A stretch of DNA of 64,000 nt, from NCBI GenBank assembly GCA_965214405.1, contig OZ243956.1:2144001-2208000 (forward strand), in the 5' to 3' direction. How positions within the stretch are numbered: the stretch's first letter is position 1; every line of letters begins with the position of its first letter. The translations under genes were made by a program, and so were the position numbers. The notes beneath the pieces were generated by a model. It was not told the origin of the DNA. It worked only from the letters and a program-made list of their open reading frames with translations, and searched no databases. This DNA is from Trueperaceae bacterium (GTDB lineage: Bacteria; Deinococcota; Deinococci; Deinococcales; Trueperaceae). Positions 19,930 through 29,154 of this stretch are shown here, in pieces.

Positions 19930-20460
19930 TTACTGGGCGGTAGCAGCTCCGAGACCCGTCAGGAGGCGCTGGACCACTTCGGCCATAAAGGCGTTGGCGA
20001 CGCGCTGGTCGTAGGTGTCGGTGGCGGTGCTCGAGTAGACGAGTGACGCCGAGCCCTCCCCGGCGGGGCGCACCACGACGGAAATGATGGCCTGGTCGGT
20101 CTGCGCGTTCACACCTGAGTAACCCGACGAATAACCAGGCGTGATGGTTATCCCGCCGCGCCGGGAGCCTGAACCGAAGGAGAAGCCCGTCCGGACCCCG
20201 ACGCCCAAACCCGACGTCCGGGTTCTACCCAAACGCACCGCAGTGATGAGACCCGTTTCGCGGTCCGCCTCGGCCACCACGAAACCCGCTTGCCTAAAGT
20301 TGGTCGAGATTCGCGTGGACGCGACCGTTTGCAGCGTGGCGTCAAAGAGCGTGTCATAATCCACCGAAAAAACGAAGGGTTGGGGTGACGGTAAGTCCTG
20401 CACCGACGGGGCGCAGGCTCCCAGCACCAACAGCAGACTCAAAAGCGCGGCTATCCTCAT
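19930..20460 (-). CDS. Small lipoprotein of unknown function
   Basis: MRIAALLSLLLVLGA-C lipobox with GGAGG RBS. Confidence 0.75.
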   Translation of the reverse strand: MRIAALLSLLLVLGACAPSVQDLPSPQPFVFSVDYDTLFDATLQTVASTRISTNFRQAGFVVAEADRETGLITAVRLGRTRTSGLGVGVRTGFSFGSGSRRGGITITPGYSSGYSGVNAQTDQAIISVVVRPAGEGSASLVYSSTATDTYDQRVANAFMAEVVQRLLTGLGAATAQ

Positions 20461-20636
20461 ACAAACCTCCCCAGGGTTTCTGCCTCGAGCAGACACGGTC
20501 GCGTAACGACGTTGGCCTTCTATGGTAACGGCGCGGGACCCGGCCCTTTGTGAAGCGCACCTTCATTCAGGCTTCATCCTGCGTGTTTACCCAAGCCTTC
20601 CCGCAAAAACCGTGAGCCTTCTTGTAGTGTAGACCG

Positions 20637-21923
20637 CTAGCGCCCGCTCAGTTCCCGCTCCCGCGGCTCACGCTGGGCCGCGCTCATCTGATTTGGCATC
20701 CCCGGCATTTGTCCCTCGCCCCAGTAGAGCATGGTGTGCGGGAAGGGGATTTCGATGTCCTCACGGTCAAAACGCGCCTTGATGCGCTTGCGGAACTCGC
20801 GCCCGACGCCCCACTGCTCTTTGGGTAGCGTCTTAAACATGAGCCGCAGCACGACGCCCGAATCGCCAAAGGCGTCGACGCCCAGCACGTCGGGGGGGTC
20901 GATAAGCCGCCAGCGCCACTCGCGGTCGCGGTAAAAGACCATCGCCTCGTCTTTGAGCACGTCCAGGGCGCGCGTTAAGTCGGTGCGGTAGGCCACCTCA
21001 ACGTCAATAACCGAGCGCGACCACTCTTTACTGAGGACCGTCACGCGGTCGATGGTGCCGTTGGGGATGATGTGGACGCGGCCCTCCAAGTCTCGCAAGG
21101 TGGTGATGCGCAAATTGATCGACTCCACCCCGCCCGTGAGCCCCGCCAGCGTCACCACGTCGCCGACGCCGAACTGGTTCTCGACGAGGATGAAAAATCC
21201 GCTAATCAAATCCTTGACGAGCGACTGCGCGCCAAACGAGATCGCCAAACCCAAAATCCCGACGCCCGCCAGAAGCGCCCCGATGTTCGCGCCAAACTCG
21301 CTGAGCACGAAGAGCACAAAAATGGTGAGGAGCGTGACCTGCATACTCGACTCGATCACGCTGCGAATCGTCGCGGCTCGAGCGATCTGCCGCTCAAAAC
21401 GCTGACCGCTCGTGGGCGTGAGGGCTCGCGCGGTTTTGCGCACCACGACCAGCAGCGCGTTGATGGCTAAACCCACGACGATGATGCGCACGATGCTGGC
21501 GATACCCCCGCCCACCAGCCAGTCGCGCGCGCCCAGGGCGGCGGGCTCGAGCACGGGCACGTGATAGTCGAGCACGAAGAGGCTCACGAAAACGAAAACC
21601 GCCAGCAGCGCCGCTAAATTACGCAGGTACTTCGCCAAGACGCCTACCCTGGTGCGCTCGCCCTCTTTACGCTCCTCGTCCCAAAGTTCGCGCGCGCTGA
21701 TGCCCCGCAAGGACGCGCTAACGTAGCGCGACAGCACGAACCAGAGAAACAAAAAAACGAGCGCGCCCGTGAGCGCGTCCCAGCCCACCGATATGAGAAA
21801 CGGAATGGGAGCCTCGCGCACGGACGTTATCAGCGCCTGGAACCAGGGCGCTAGAACCTGAAGTTCGATTCTGGCGGCGGTCGTCTCGAGCATCGTTTGC
21901 AAGTCTACCAGGGGATTGGTCAT
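20637..21923 (-). CDS. Small-conductance mechanosensitive channel family protein (YbiO-like)
   Basis: 'GLAISFGAQSLVKDLISGFFILVENQFGVGD', 'G.VHIIPNG', 'IEIPFPH'. Confidence 0.93.
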   Translation of the reverse strand: MTNPLVDLQTMLETTAARIELQVLAPWFQALITSVREAPIPFLISVGWDALTGALVFLFLWFVLSRYVSASLRGISARELWDEERKEGERTRVGVLAKYLRNLAALLAVFVFVSLFVLDYHVPVLEPAALGARDWLVGGGIASIVRIIVVGLAINALLVVVRKTARALTPTSGQRFERQIARAATIRSVIESSMQVTLLTIFVLFVLSEFGANIGALLAGVGILGLAISFGAQSLVKDLISGFFILVENQFGVGDVVTLAGLTGGVESINLRITTLRDLEGRVHIIPNGTIDRVTVLSKEWSRSVIDVEVAYRTDLTRALDVLKDEAMVFYRDREWRWRLIDPPDVLGVDAFGDSGVVLRLMFKTLPKEQWGVGREFRKRIKARFDREDIEIPFPHTMLYWGEGQMPGMPNQMSAAQREPRERELSGR

Positions 21924-22131
21924 TACGTTCCTTACCGCGCGGGCGGGAGCCCGTACGGCGTTTACCCTAGCAAAGAGGTTTTGAGGATGGTGTGACCTTA
22001 CGCAACTCCGTGAACGTTTGGTGAAAGGTGTAGGATTCTTGGCAGAAAATGGGAAGGCTTACCGTTTTCCTTCCTTTGGTCGCCTTTATGCCAGTCGCCT
22101 TCTCGCGGAGACTAAAACGCGCTTGGTGGGC

Positions 22132-23151
22132 TCAGCTCGAGACGGTCTTCCCAAGTTGACTTTCTCGACTTGTAGGAACGTCCAGCCCTTCCGCAATCCG
22201 CTCGACCAGCCGCGCTTCCACCGCGCGTTTGGCGGTGCGGAGCGCGTTGCGCACCGCCACCGCGTCCGCCGAGCCGTGACCGATAAAGGCGGGGCCGTTC
22301 ACGCCCAAAAGCGGCTGCGCCCCGTATTCTGCGGGGTCGAGCTTGGCCGCGATGCCCCTAAATGCGTTTCTAACGAGCGCGCCGCCCAGCTTGGTCCGGA
22401 GGCCTCCTTGGGTAAGCGCGTCCTTGATCCAGCCGAAAATCACTTTCGCCTCGCCCTCGGCGAGTTTCAACACCACGTTGCCGGTAAAGCCGTCGGTCAC
22501 GAACACGTCCGTCGTGCCCCGAAAGAGGTCGCGCCCCTCGACGTTGCCGTAAAAGGTGATGGGGGCGTCGCGCAGAAGCTTGTGCGCCTCGCGGACCAGT
22601 TCGTTGCCCTTGCCCGGTTCCTCACCGATGGACATGAGCCCGACGGTCGGGTCCTTTTTGCCGTAAAACACGCGCGCGTAAACGGAGCCCATCACGGCGA
22701 ACTGCGCCAAGTGAACGGGACGGCAGTCGGCGTTGGCCCCCGCGTCGAGCAGCGCCACGTAACCGTCCGTCACGGGGATGTTGGCGAGAATCGCGGGCCG
22801 CTCGACGCCCTTGAGACGCCCCAGCACGAGCAGCGCCGCCGCCATCGTCGCGCCGGAGTGACCCATCGACACGCACGCGGACGCCGAACCGTTTTTAACC
22901 AGGGTCATGGCCTGCATGATGCTCGAGTCCCGCCGCCGCCTCACCTCGCTCGCCCCGTCGTCCATCGTGATGACGTCGGACGCGTGGTGGATAGGTAGCT
23001 CTCCGCCAAGCGCGTTAAGTTCCGCCCGCAGTGCGTCCTCGTCCCCCACGAGCACAACCGGAACTCCTTCGAGCGCGGCCTCGAGCGCCCCCTCCACCGC
23101 GGCCCGCGGCATCGCGTCGCCGCCCGCTGCGTCTAAAGAAATGGGTTTCAT
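22132..23151 (-). CDS. plsX: Phosphate acyltransferase
   Basis: 'ISLDAAGGD', 'ERPAI', 'LLDAGAN', 'GEEPGKG', 'VTDGFTGNVVLK', 'IGHGSAD'. ATG 23151 has TATACT 7 nt upstream. Confidence 0.96.
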   Translation of the reverse strand: MKPISLDAAGGDAMPRAAVEGALEAALEGVPVVLVGDEDALRAELNALGGELPIHHASDVITMDDGASEVRRRRDSSIMQAMTLVKNGSASACVSMGHSGATMAAALLVLGRLKGVERPAILANIPVTDGYVALLDAGANADCRPVHLAQFAVMGSVYARVFYGKKDPTVGLMSIGEEPGKGNELVREAHKLLRDAPITFYGNVEGRDLFRGTTDVFVTDGFTGNVVLKLAEGEAKVIFGWIKDALTQGGLRTKLGGALVRNAFRGIAAKLDPAEYGAQPLLGVNGPAFIGHGSADAVAVRNALRTAKRAVEARLVERIAEGLDVPTSRESQLGKTVSS

Positions 23152-23369
23152 CGGCTCGAGTATAGCGGTTTTTATCTGCACTGAGAGAGTAAAGAGCAAC
23201 CGTTCCTTGAACTTATGTTGTCGGCGGTAACGCGTGGGGTGAACGTCGCTCAAACCGGGGCGTTCTCGCTATCCACGGCTTTTTGCCCTGTCCAGAGGAA
23301 ATCCGGAGGAAGCGGGGGCAACCGCTCCTCTTCCCTCCTCACACAAACCGCCCGTGTTATCCTCCTCCC

Positions 23370-24410
23370 ATGACGCAGCCGCTGACGACCGTTGGACTCC
23401 TGGGCGCGGGCACGGTCGGGTCCGCCTTTTTAGAGCTTTTGGAGGGGCGGGAAGACGTGGCCGCGGAGGTTTCCAGGGTGCTCGTGCGTGACCCTGAGAA
23501 ACCGCGCCGGGTCGCTCGAGACCACCTCTGCACCGATCCTGAAGAAGCGCTCCGTGCAGACATCGTGGTCGAACTCATGGGCGGCACCGGGCTCGCGGGC
23601 GACCTCACGCTGCGCGCGTTGTCGCAAGGCAAGCGCGTCGTCACGGCCAACAAGGCGGTGCTGGCTGAACGGTGGGACGAGTTTGTACCCTTTTTGGCGG
23701 AAGGTCGCCTCTACTTCGAGGCCGCGGTCATGGCGGGCACGCCCGCGGTCGGGCCGCTGACGACCGTGTTGCGCGGCTCCAAACCCTTAGAGCTCCACGC
23801 CATTTTGAACGGCACCTGTAACTACATTCTGGGCGCGCTCGAGGGGGGTGCCGATTATCACGAGGCCCTGGCGGAGGCGCAGCGCTTGGGCTACGCCGAG
23901 CCCGACCCGAGTTTGGACGTCGAGGGTATCGACGCCGCGCACAAACTCACTTTGCTCGCGCGGCTCGTTTTTGACCCCCAAATTTCTTGGGACGCGGTGC
24001 GCGCCGACACGCACGGCATCCGCGAGCTGACTCCGGCGCTGGTCATGGAGGCGATGGAGGACGGGGGCCGCATCCGTTTGGTCGGCAGCGTCTACCCCGA
24101 AGCAGGCCGCTGGCACGTGAGCGTACGCCCCGTCTATTTACCCGCCACGCACGCGTTAGCGGGCGCGGCGAGCAACCGCAACGGCCTCGTGTTCCGCGGC
24201 GACGCGGTGGGCGAGGTGATGATCGCGGGCGCGGGCGCGGGCGCGGCCTCGACGGCGAGCGCGGTGTTGGCTGACCTCATCGGCGCGCTCGCCGGACGAC
24301 CCGGTCCCGCGCCGCTATCCCGCGCCGCCACGCCCCCGGCGGACTACCGCGCGCCCAAGCTGGGCGAAATCAGGCTAAAAAGTGACGCCGCGAAAAATGC
24401 GACCGTCTAG
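23370..24410 (+). CDS. hom: Homoserine dehydrogenase (no ACT domain)
   Basis: GAGTVG Rossmann motif, 'VVTANK', 'ILNGTCNYIL', 'GYAEPDP', 'DAAHKL'. ATG 23370 has TATCCT 6 nt upstream. Confidence 0.95.
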   Translation: MTQPLTTVGLLGAGTVGSAFLELLEGREDVAAEVSRVLVRDPEKPRRVARDHLCTDPEEALRADIVVELMGGTGLAGDLTLRALSQGKRVVTANKAVLAERWDEFVPFLAEGRLYFEAAVMAGTPAVGPLTTVLRGSKPLELHAILNGTCNYILGALEGGADYHEALAEAQRLGYAEPDPSLDVEGIDAAHKLTLLARLVFDPQISWDAVRADTHGIRELTPALVMEAMEDGGRIRLVGSVYPEAGRWHVSVRPVYLPATHALAGAASNRNGLVFRGDAVGEVMIAGAGAGAASTASAVLADLIGALAGRPGPAPLSRAATPPADYRAPKLGEIRLKSDAAKNATV

Positions 24411-24419
24411 GGGGCGCTG

Positions 24420-24698
24420 GTGAACAAGTGGGAGTACCTATCCATCCGCTTTGACTACAAAGGCCGCGGCATCACCCAGGAGTTCAACCTTTTTGATATG
24501 GACGGGCAAAGACTCACCGGCTGGACGAGCGAGGGCGGGAACACGGCCAAAACCCTGCCGCAGTTTCTGGCGCTCGTCGGGGAAGAAGGCTGGGAGCTTG
24601 CGAGCCACGTTGTCAATCAGGACATGCAAGCAAACAGCGTAACCTGGCATTACATGCACTTTAAGCGCCTCCTGAGCGCCACCCAAAATGACGGTTAG
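24420..24698 (+). CDS. DUF4177-like small protein
   Basis: 'KWEYL' N-terminus and 'L..VGEEGWEL....YMHFKR' pattern. Confidence 0.7.
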   Translation: MNKWEYLSIRFDYKGRGITQEFNLFDMDGQRLTGWTSEGGNTAKTLPQFLALVGEEGWELASHVVNQDMQANSVTWHYMHFKRLLSATQNDG

Positions 24699-26034
24699 AG
24701 TACGCTACTACAGCACCCGCGACCCCGGCAAACGCCTGGTGAGCTTTGATGACGCGCTTCTAAGTGGCTTGGCCCCCGATGGCGGGCTCTATGTACCGAA
24801 CTTTGTCCCGACCGTTGAGCCCATCCACCAAGCCGACACCTTCCCGGACCTGGCTGTTGATGTTTTGCAACGCTGGTTGGGAGAGGACGACGCGCTAGCC
24901 GAAACAGTTAGAGATGCGCTCTCTTTTCCTGTGCCCCTTGTCGCACTCGGTGATGATATATACGTACTCGAGCTTTTCCGCGGCCCCACCCGCTCGTTCA
25001 AAGACTTCGGCGCGCGCACGATGGCCCGCCTCATGAGCCGCGCGCTTGCAGAACGCGGCGAGCGCGTGACCATCCTGGTGGCGACCTCGGGCGACACGGG
25101 AGGCGCGGTCGCGGACGGGTTTGCGGGGCGGGACCATATCGACGTGGTGCTGCTTTATCCCAAAAACAAGGTGAGCGCGGTGCAGGAGCGGCAGCTCATC
25201 GTCTCGAGGCCGGGCGTGCGGGCCTACGCGGTGGAGGGCGCGTTCGACGATTGCCAGCGCCTTGTTAAAGAGGCGTTTATGGACCCGGAACTAAAAAATG
25301 TGCCTTTATCGTCCGCCAACTCGATCAACATCGGTCGTTTGTTGCCGCAGTCGCTTTATTACTTGTGGGCTGCCCTGGAGGTCGCATCTCGTCAAGATTT
25401 GGAGGTCGTATCTCGTCAAGGCTTAGAATCCTACGGAAAGGAGGCGACCCCTCCGGTGTTCTGCGTCCCCAGCGGCAACTTGGGCAACCTCACGGGGGGC
25501 GTGCTGGCGGCGAAAATGGGCCTCAGCGTGCGCCGCTTTATCGCCGCGCACAATGCCAACGACTTTTTCCCCGCTTACTTAGAGCGGCTGAGAGACGCGT
25601 ACGCCTTTCATCCCACGGTGGCGACGGTGTCCAACGCGATGGACGTGGGCGCGCCCAGCAACTTCGAGCGGCTTTATACCCTTCTGGGTCAAGAAGACCT
25701 CGAGACGCGGTTGTGGGGCTCGAGCGTGTCCGACGACGCGACTAGCGCGCGCATGAAAGAGGTTTACGAGCGCACGGGCTACGTCGCTTGTCCGCACACG
25801 GCGGTGGGGCTCGAGGCCGCCGCGCGTTACCGCGAGAAAACGGGTGACGCCAATCCCATCATCACGCTCGCCACGGCGCACCCCGCCAAGTTCCCGGAGG
25901 TGGTGGGGGAAACGCTGGGTATCCCCGCGCCCAAGGACGAGAGTTTAGAGGCGCTGTGGGAGCAAGAAACGCGGGTGGAGGCGCTGGCCCCGACGTTGGA
26001 GGCGTTGCGAGAGGCGCTGTTATACAGCAGCTAA
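24688..26034 (+). CDS. thrC: Threonine synthase
   Basis: 'YYSTR', 'GLAPDGGLYVP', PLP-lysine 'GPTRSFKDFG', 'ATSGDTG', 'SANSINIGRL', 'ATAHPAKF'. Confidence 0.96.
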   Translation: MTVRVRYYSTRDPGKRLVSFDDALLSGLAPDGGLYVPNFVPTVEPIHQADTFPDLAVDVLQRWLGEDDALAETVRDALSFPVPLVALGDDIYVLELFRGPTRSFKDFGARTMARLMSRALAERGERVTILVATSGDTGGAVADGFAGRDHIDVVLLYPKNKVSAVQERQLIVSRPGVRAYAVEGAFDDCQRLVKEAFMDPELKNVPLSSANSINIGRLLPQSLYYLWAALEVASRQDLEVVSRQGLESYGKEATPPVFCVPSGNLGNLTGGVLAAKMGLSVRRFIAAHNANDFFPAYLERLRDAYAFHPTVATVSNAMDVGAPSNFERLYTLLGQEDLETRLWGSSVSDDATSARMKEVYERTGYVACPHTAVGLEAAARYREKTGDANPIITLATAHPAKFPEVVGETLGIPAPKDESLEALWEQETRVEALAPTLEALREALLYSS

Positions 26035-26404
26035 TTGGATTGAGTGAGATTTGATCTACGCGTTACCGTCCAGGACCCGGTTTAAGAGATGACACCCGCG
26101 CCGACAGACGCCAATATCAATAACCGCTACGGTACGTCGCGTTCCGCAGAAAACGGGCGGGTTCGGCGTAGGCACCGTTCCTTAATCTATGTTACAGTTC
26201 GCTGCCTGGCAACGGGCACGACATACATTCAATCTCGATAAGGCTGGGTGTTGACTTTTCAGACTTTTAAGGTTTAGCGTGCTGCACACAAGAAGCAAGA
26301 ATGAAAAAGCAAGGGGTAAAGGTTTGCGGGGCGCGGATTAGCCGCGCCTCGAGGTTAAAAGGTTTTCTCAAAGGGCAAGTGTCAACACAACCCGGATGGG
26401 TCCT

Positions 26405-26623
26405 ACCGTACGTTGCGGCCCCGAATACGGTCGTCAGATGAAAGGCTGACGCATGACGTAACTTTCGGAAGCTAATGAGACTGCTTCAAGACGGCAAAGC
26501 CGTAAACAGCACCTCAAAATTTGCACGAAAGAGCATTTCAAATCCAAAGTCGGTCTTCTCAAGACTTTGGGTTCGTTTGAAGGTGCGTCAGCCCTGGGCG
26601 CGCGTTCCGACCGCGCCACGCCC
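26405..26623 (+). ncRNA. Candidate structured non-coding RNA (family not recognised)
   Basis: Several nested complementary helices read by eye (see finding). G-U pairs and a GAAA loop favour the + strand. Confidence 0.4.
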
Positions 26624-26709
26624 CGGCAGTTTTGGGTTATAATGACCTCGTCACACAATAGTTCCACGTAGTCTCAATAGCTTTACGCACCACTTTTTAA
26701 GGAGGAATC

Positions 26710-27906
26710 ATGCGAACCGTCACGTTGCTCGCCCTCATGCTAAGTCTAAGCACCTCTCTGGCGCAGGTCGTCATCGGCTGGTCGGGCGCGGTCACCGGGC
26801 CGACCTCGGACGCCGGTCAGTTCGTCGTGCAGGGCGTCGAGGATTACTGCCGCTACGCCAACGAGGAAGGGCTTATCCCCGACACCACCCTCACCTGCTT
26901 GACCCGCGACGACCAGTACAACAACGACAACACGCTGCGTAACTTTGAGGCCTATCTGGACGAGGACATGGACGCTTTTTTATCTTATGCAACGGGCGCG
27001 ACGCTGCAACTCAAGCTCAACGCGGTCGAGGAGCAAATGCCGGTGATTTCGTCCTCGCTCCATATCGGCGTTATTGACCCGCCCGACAATGAATATAACT
27101 TTTTGCCGCTCACGTCGTACAGCGAACAGGTGGTGGCGCTGCTCGAATGGATCGCCGAAAACCACGCCGAAAATCAGCAGGGCGACGCTGCGCCCAAAGT
27201 GGCGATGCTGGTTCACCCGAGCCCCTTCGGGCGCGCGCCCGTCGAGGACGCGCAGGCCGCCGCCGAAATCTTAGGCGTCGAGATTGTCGACGTGCAAGAG
27301 CACGGCGACGGCACCGACTACACCGCCCTGCTCCAGCGCTGGAGCAACGACGGCGTCGAGTACGTGATCAGCCAGACCGTGCAGTCGCCCATCGCCGCGA
27401 TGCTCAACGCCGCGCAGGCGTTGGGGCTTTTAGACACCATGACCTTTATGGGCGCGCACTACACGGGCGGCAACACGCTCGTGTCATTAGCAGGCGAGGC
27501 CGCCGACGGCTTCTTGTGGGCCACCTCCGTCCCGCTCCCCGAGCAGGTCCCCTTGCAAGCCGAACTCGGCGCGCGTTACGGACGTCCCGAGGCGACCATC
27601 GCCGACGACAACTACACCTCCGGCGCGCTCCAAGCCTCCATCTTTATCGAGGCGGCGCGGCGCGCGGTCGAAGCGGGTGAGGACGTCAACCCTGAGACCA
27701 TCTACGCACAGCTTTTAGCCATGAACGAGGCGGGAAACGGTGTGTTTGATTCTCCCCTGGGCCTCGCGCCGGTTTCTTACAGCGAGACCGACCGCGTTGG
27801 CGTCGGCGCGCTCCACCTCCTCCAGGTCCAAAACGGCGCGTTTGTCGAGACGACCGAGCCCTTTACTTCGGAGACGTTCGCTCAGGTTCACGAGGCGAAC
27901 GAGTAG
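26710..27906 (+). CDS. HAAT (branched-chain amino acid-type) ABC transporter substrate-binding protein
   Basis: Signal peptide, 'IGWSGAVTGPTS..G', 'DDQY', type I periplasmic binding-protein pattern; AAGGAGG RBS. Confidence 0.9.
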   Translation: MRTVTLLALMLSLSTSLAQVVIGWSGAVTGPTSDAGQFVVQGVEDYCRYANEEGLIPDTTLTCLTRDDQYNNDNTLRNFEAYLDEDMDAFLSYATGATLQLKLNAVEEQMPVISSSLHIGVIDPPDNEYNFLPLTSYSEQVVALLEWIAENHAENQQGDAAPKVAMLVHPSPFGRAPVEDAQAAAEILGVEIVDVQEHGDGTDYTALLQRWSNDGVEYVISQTVQSPIAAMLNAAQALGLLDTMTFMGAHYTGGNTLVSLAGEAADGFLWATSVPLPEQVPLQAELGARYGRPEATIADDNYTSGALQASIFIEAARRAVEAGEDVNPETIYAQLLAMNEAGNGVFDSPLGLAPVSYSETDRVGVGALHLLQVQNGAFVETTEPFTSETFAQVHEANE

Positions 27907-27913
27907 ACAAGCA

Positions 27914-27947
27914 GTGGGAAGATAGGGCGTTCATCCTATCTTCCCGC
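27914..27947 (+). terminator. Intercistronic stem-loop (mRNA stabiliser or partial terminator)
   Basis: GTGGGAAGATAGG / CCTATCTTCCCGC inverted repeat after the binding-protein gene; no U-tract. Confidence 0.6.
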
Positions 27948-27957
27948 TAAGCTTCCT

Positions 27958-28788
27958 ATGACCCAGGCTACCTCCCCCACCCGTCCGCAAGATTTAGGCG
28001 AGATTCAGCTCGAGGTCAACAATATCGAGGTGGTCTACCACGACATCGTCCAGGTGCTGCGCGGCGTGAGTCTGGCGGTTCCCAGGGGAAAAATCGTCGC
28101 GCTCTTGGGCACCAACGGCGCGGGCAAGACGACCACCTTACGGGCCATCTCGGGCCTGCTCAAACCCGAAAACGGCGCGGTGCGCGAGGGCTACGTCCGC
28201 TTTAACGGCGAGACGATTCACGACAAACCGGGCCAAACCATCGTCAAGGCGGGCATCGTGCAGGTGCCCGAGGGGCGGCGCGTCTTCAAGCACCTCACCG
28301 TCGAGGAAAACCTCCGCGTCGGTTTTATTACGCAGCGGGGAAGCGTCAAGGCGAGCTTGGCGCATATTTACGACATTTTTCCGCGCTTGGCCGACTTGCG
28401 GACGCGTCAGGCGGGCTACACGAGCGGGGGCGAACAGCAGATGATCGCCATCGGGCGCGCGCTCATGGCGCGGCCCAAACTTTTGTTATTGGATGAACCC
28501 AGCCTCGGCTTAGCGCCCCTTTTGGTCCGCGACATTTTCGAGCGGGTGAGGGCGGTGAACGAAGAGGGCACGACGATTTTGGTAGTGGAGCAAAACGCCT
28601 CTATCGCGCTCGGCGTGGCCGACTACGGTTACGTGATGGAGGGCGGGCGCGTCGTTTTAGAAGGCCCCGCCCGCGACCTCAGCACCAACCCGGACGTCAA
28701 AGAGTTCTATATGGGCAAGTCCGAGGGTGGGGAGCGCAAGTCGTTCAAAAATATCAAGTCGTACAAAAGGCGCAAACGCTGGATGTAA
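27958..28788 (+). CDS. livF: LivF-like ABC transporter ATP-binding protein
   Basis: GTNGAGKTT, 'VPEGRRVF', 'SGGEQQM', 'LLDEPSLGLAP', 'VEQNA'. Confidence 0.9.
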   Translation: MTQATSPTRPQDLGEIQLEVNNIEVVYHDIVQVLRGVSLAVPRGKIVALLGTNGAGKTTTLRAISGLLKPENGAVREGYVRFNGETIHDKPGQTIVKAGIVQVPEGRRVFKHLTVEENLRVGFITQRGSVKASLAHIYDIFPRLADLRTRQAGYTSGGEQQMIAIGRALMARPKLLLLDEPSLGLAPLLVRDIFERVRAVNEEGTTILVVEQNASIALGVADYGYVMEGGRVVLEGPARDLSTNPDVKEFYMGKSEGGERKSFKNIKSYKRRKRWM

Positions 28789-28810
28789 AGTTATGGCAAC
28801 AGAGACCATG

Positions 28811-29011
28811 TCAGTCTCGAGGATCCGTCGCTGTGTGCGCCGCACTGTCTATGGGCAAACGCTTGGCGAGCTCTAACTGACACTCCACATAGTCGTTGAT
28901 ATCTTCCGGCGTCGCGGTGCCCGCGATGATGCTGCATTCGTAGCGGTACACCTTTTGGAGCAGGGTGCCGTTGGAGGGGCGCGGAAAGGCGGCGTAAGGT
29001 TCTCTGAACAT
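28811..29011 (-). CDS. Small hypothetical protein (66 aa)
   Basis: Fills an otherwise empty gap; TACACT 7 nt before the ATG, matching the leaderless pattern of confirmed genes. Confidence 0.55.
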   Translation of the reverse strand: MFREPYAAFPRPSNGTLLQKVYRYECSIIAGTATPEDINDYVECQLELAKRLPIDSAAHTATDPRD

Positions 29012-29154
29012 GTTTTTTAGTGTAGCAAGCCTCCTCTTACAAAACTTTCACAGCTCCTTTATCTTCAAAAAGTACGTGTGGGACATTTCGTATGAGTTAT
29101 AAAGGGTGCGCTCGAGAGCGAGAAACGCAAGGCTCACCGAATTCTTACTCAGGG

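Noticed and set aside
22018..22998. 326-aa + strand ORF, and similar long antisense ORFs (6752-7678, 10753-11604, 15277-16272, 29257-30066, 41795-42571)
   Set aside because: Each overlaps a well-supported gene on the opposite strand, as expected in high-GC DNA.
26471..26520. Hammerhead ribozyme-like core (CTAATGAG...CTCAAAA)
   Set aside because: It deviates from the required CTGANGA and GAAA core, and stems I and III were not found.
26434..26667. 77-aa minus-strand ORF in the long intergenic region
   Set aside because: No RBS or motif and atypical composition; RNA secondary structure explains the region better.
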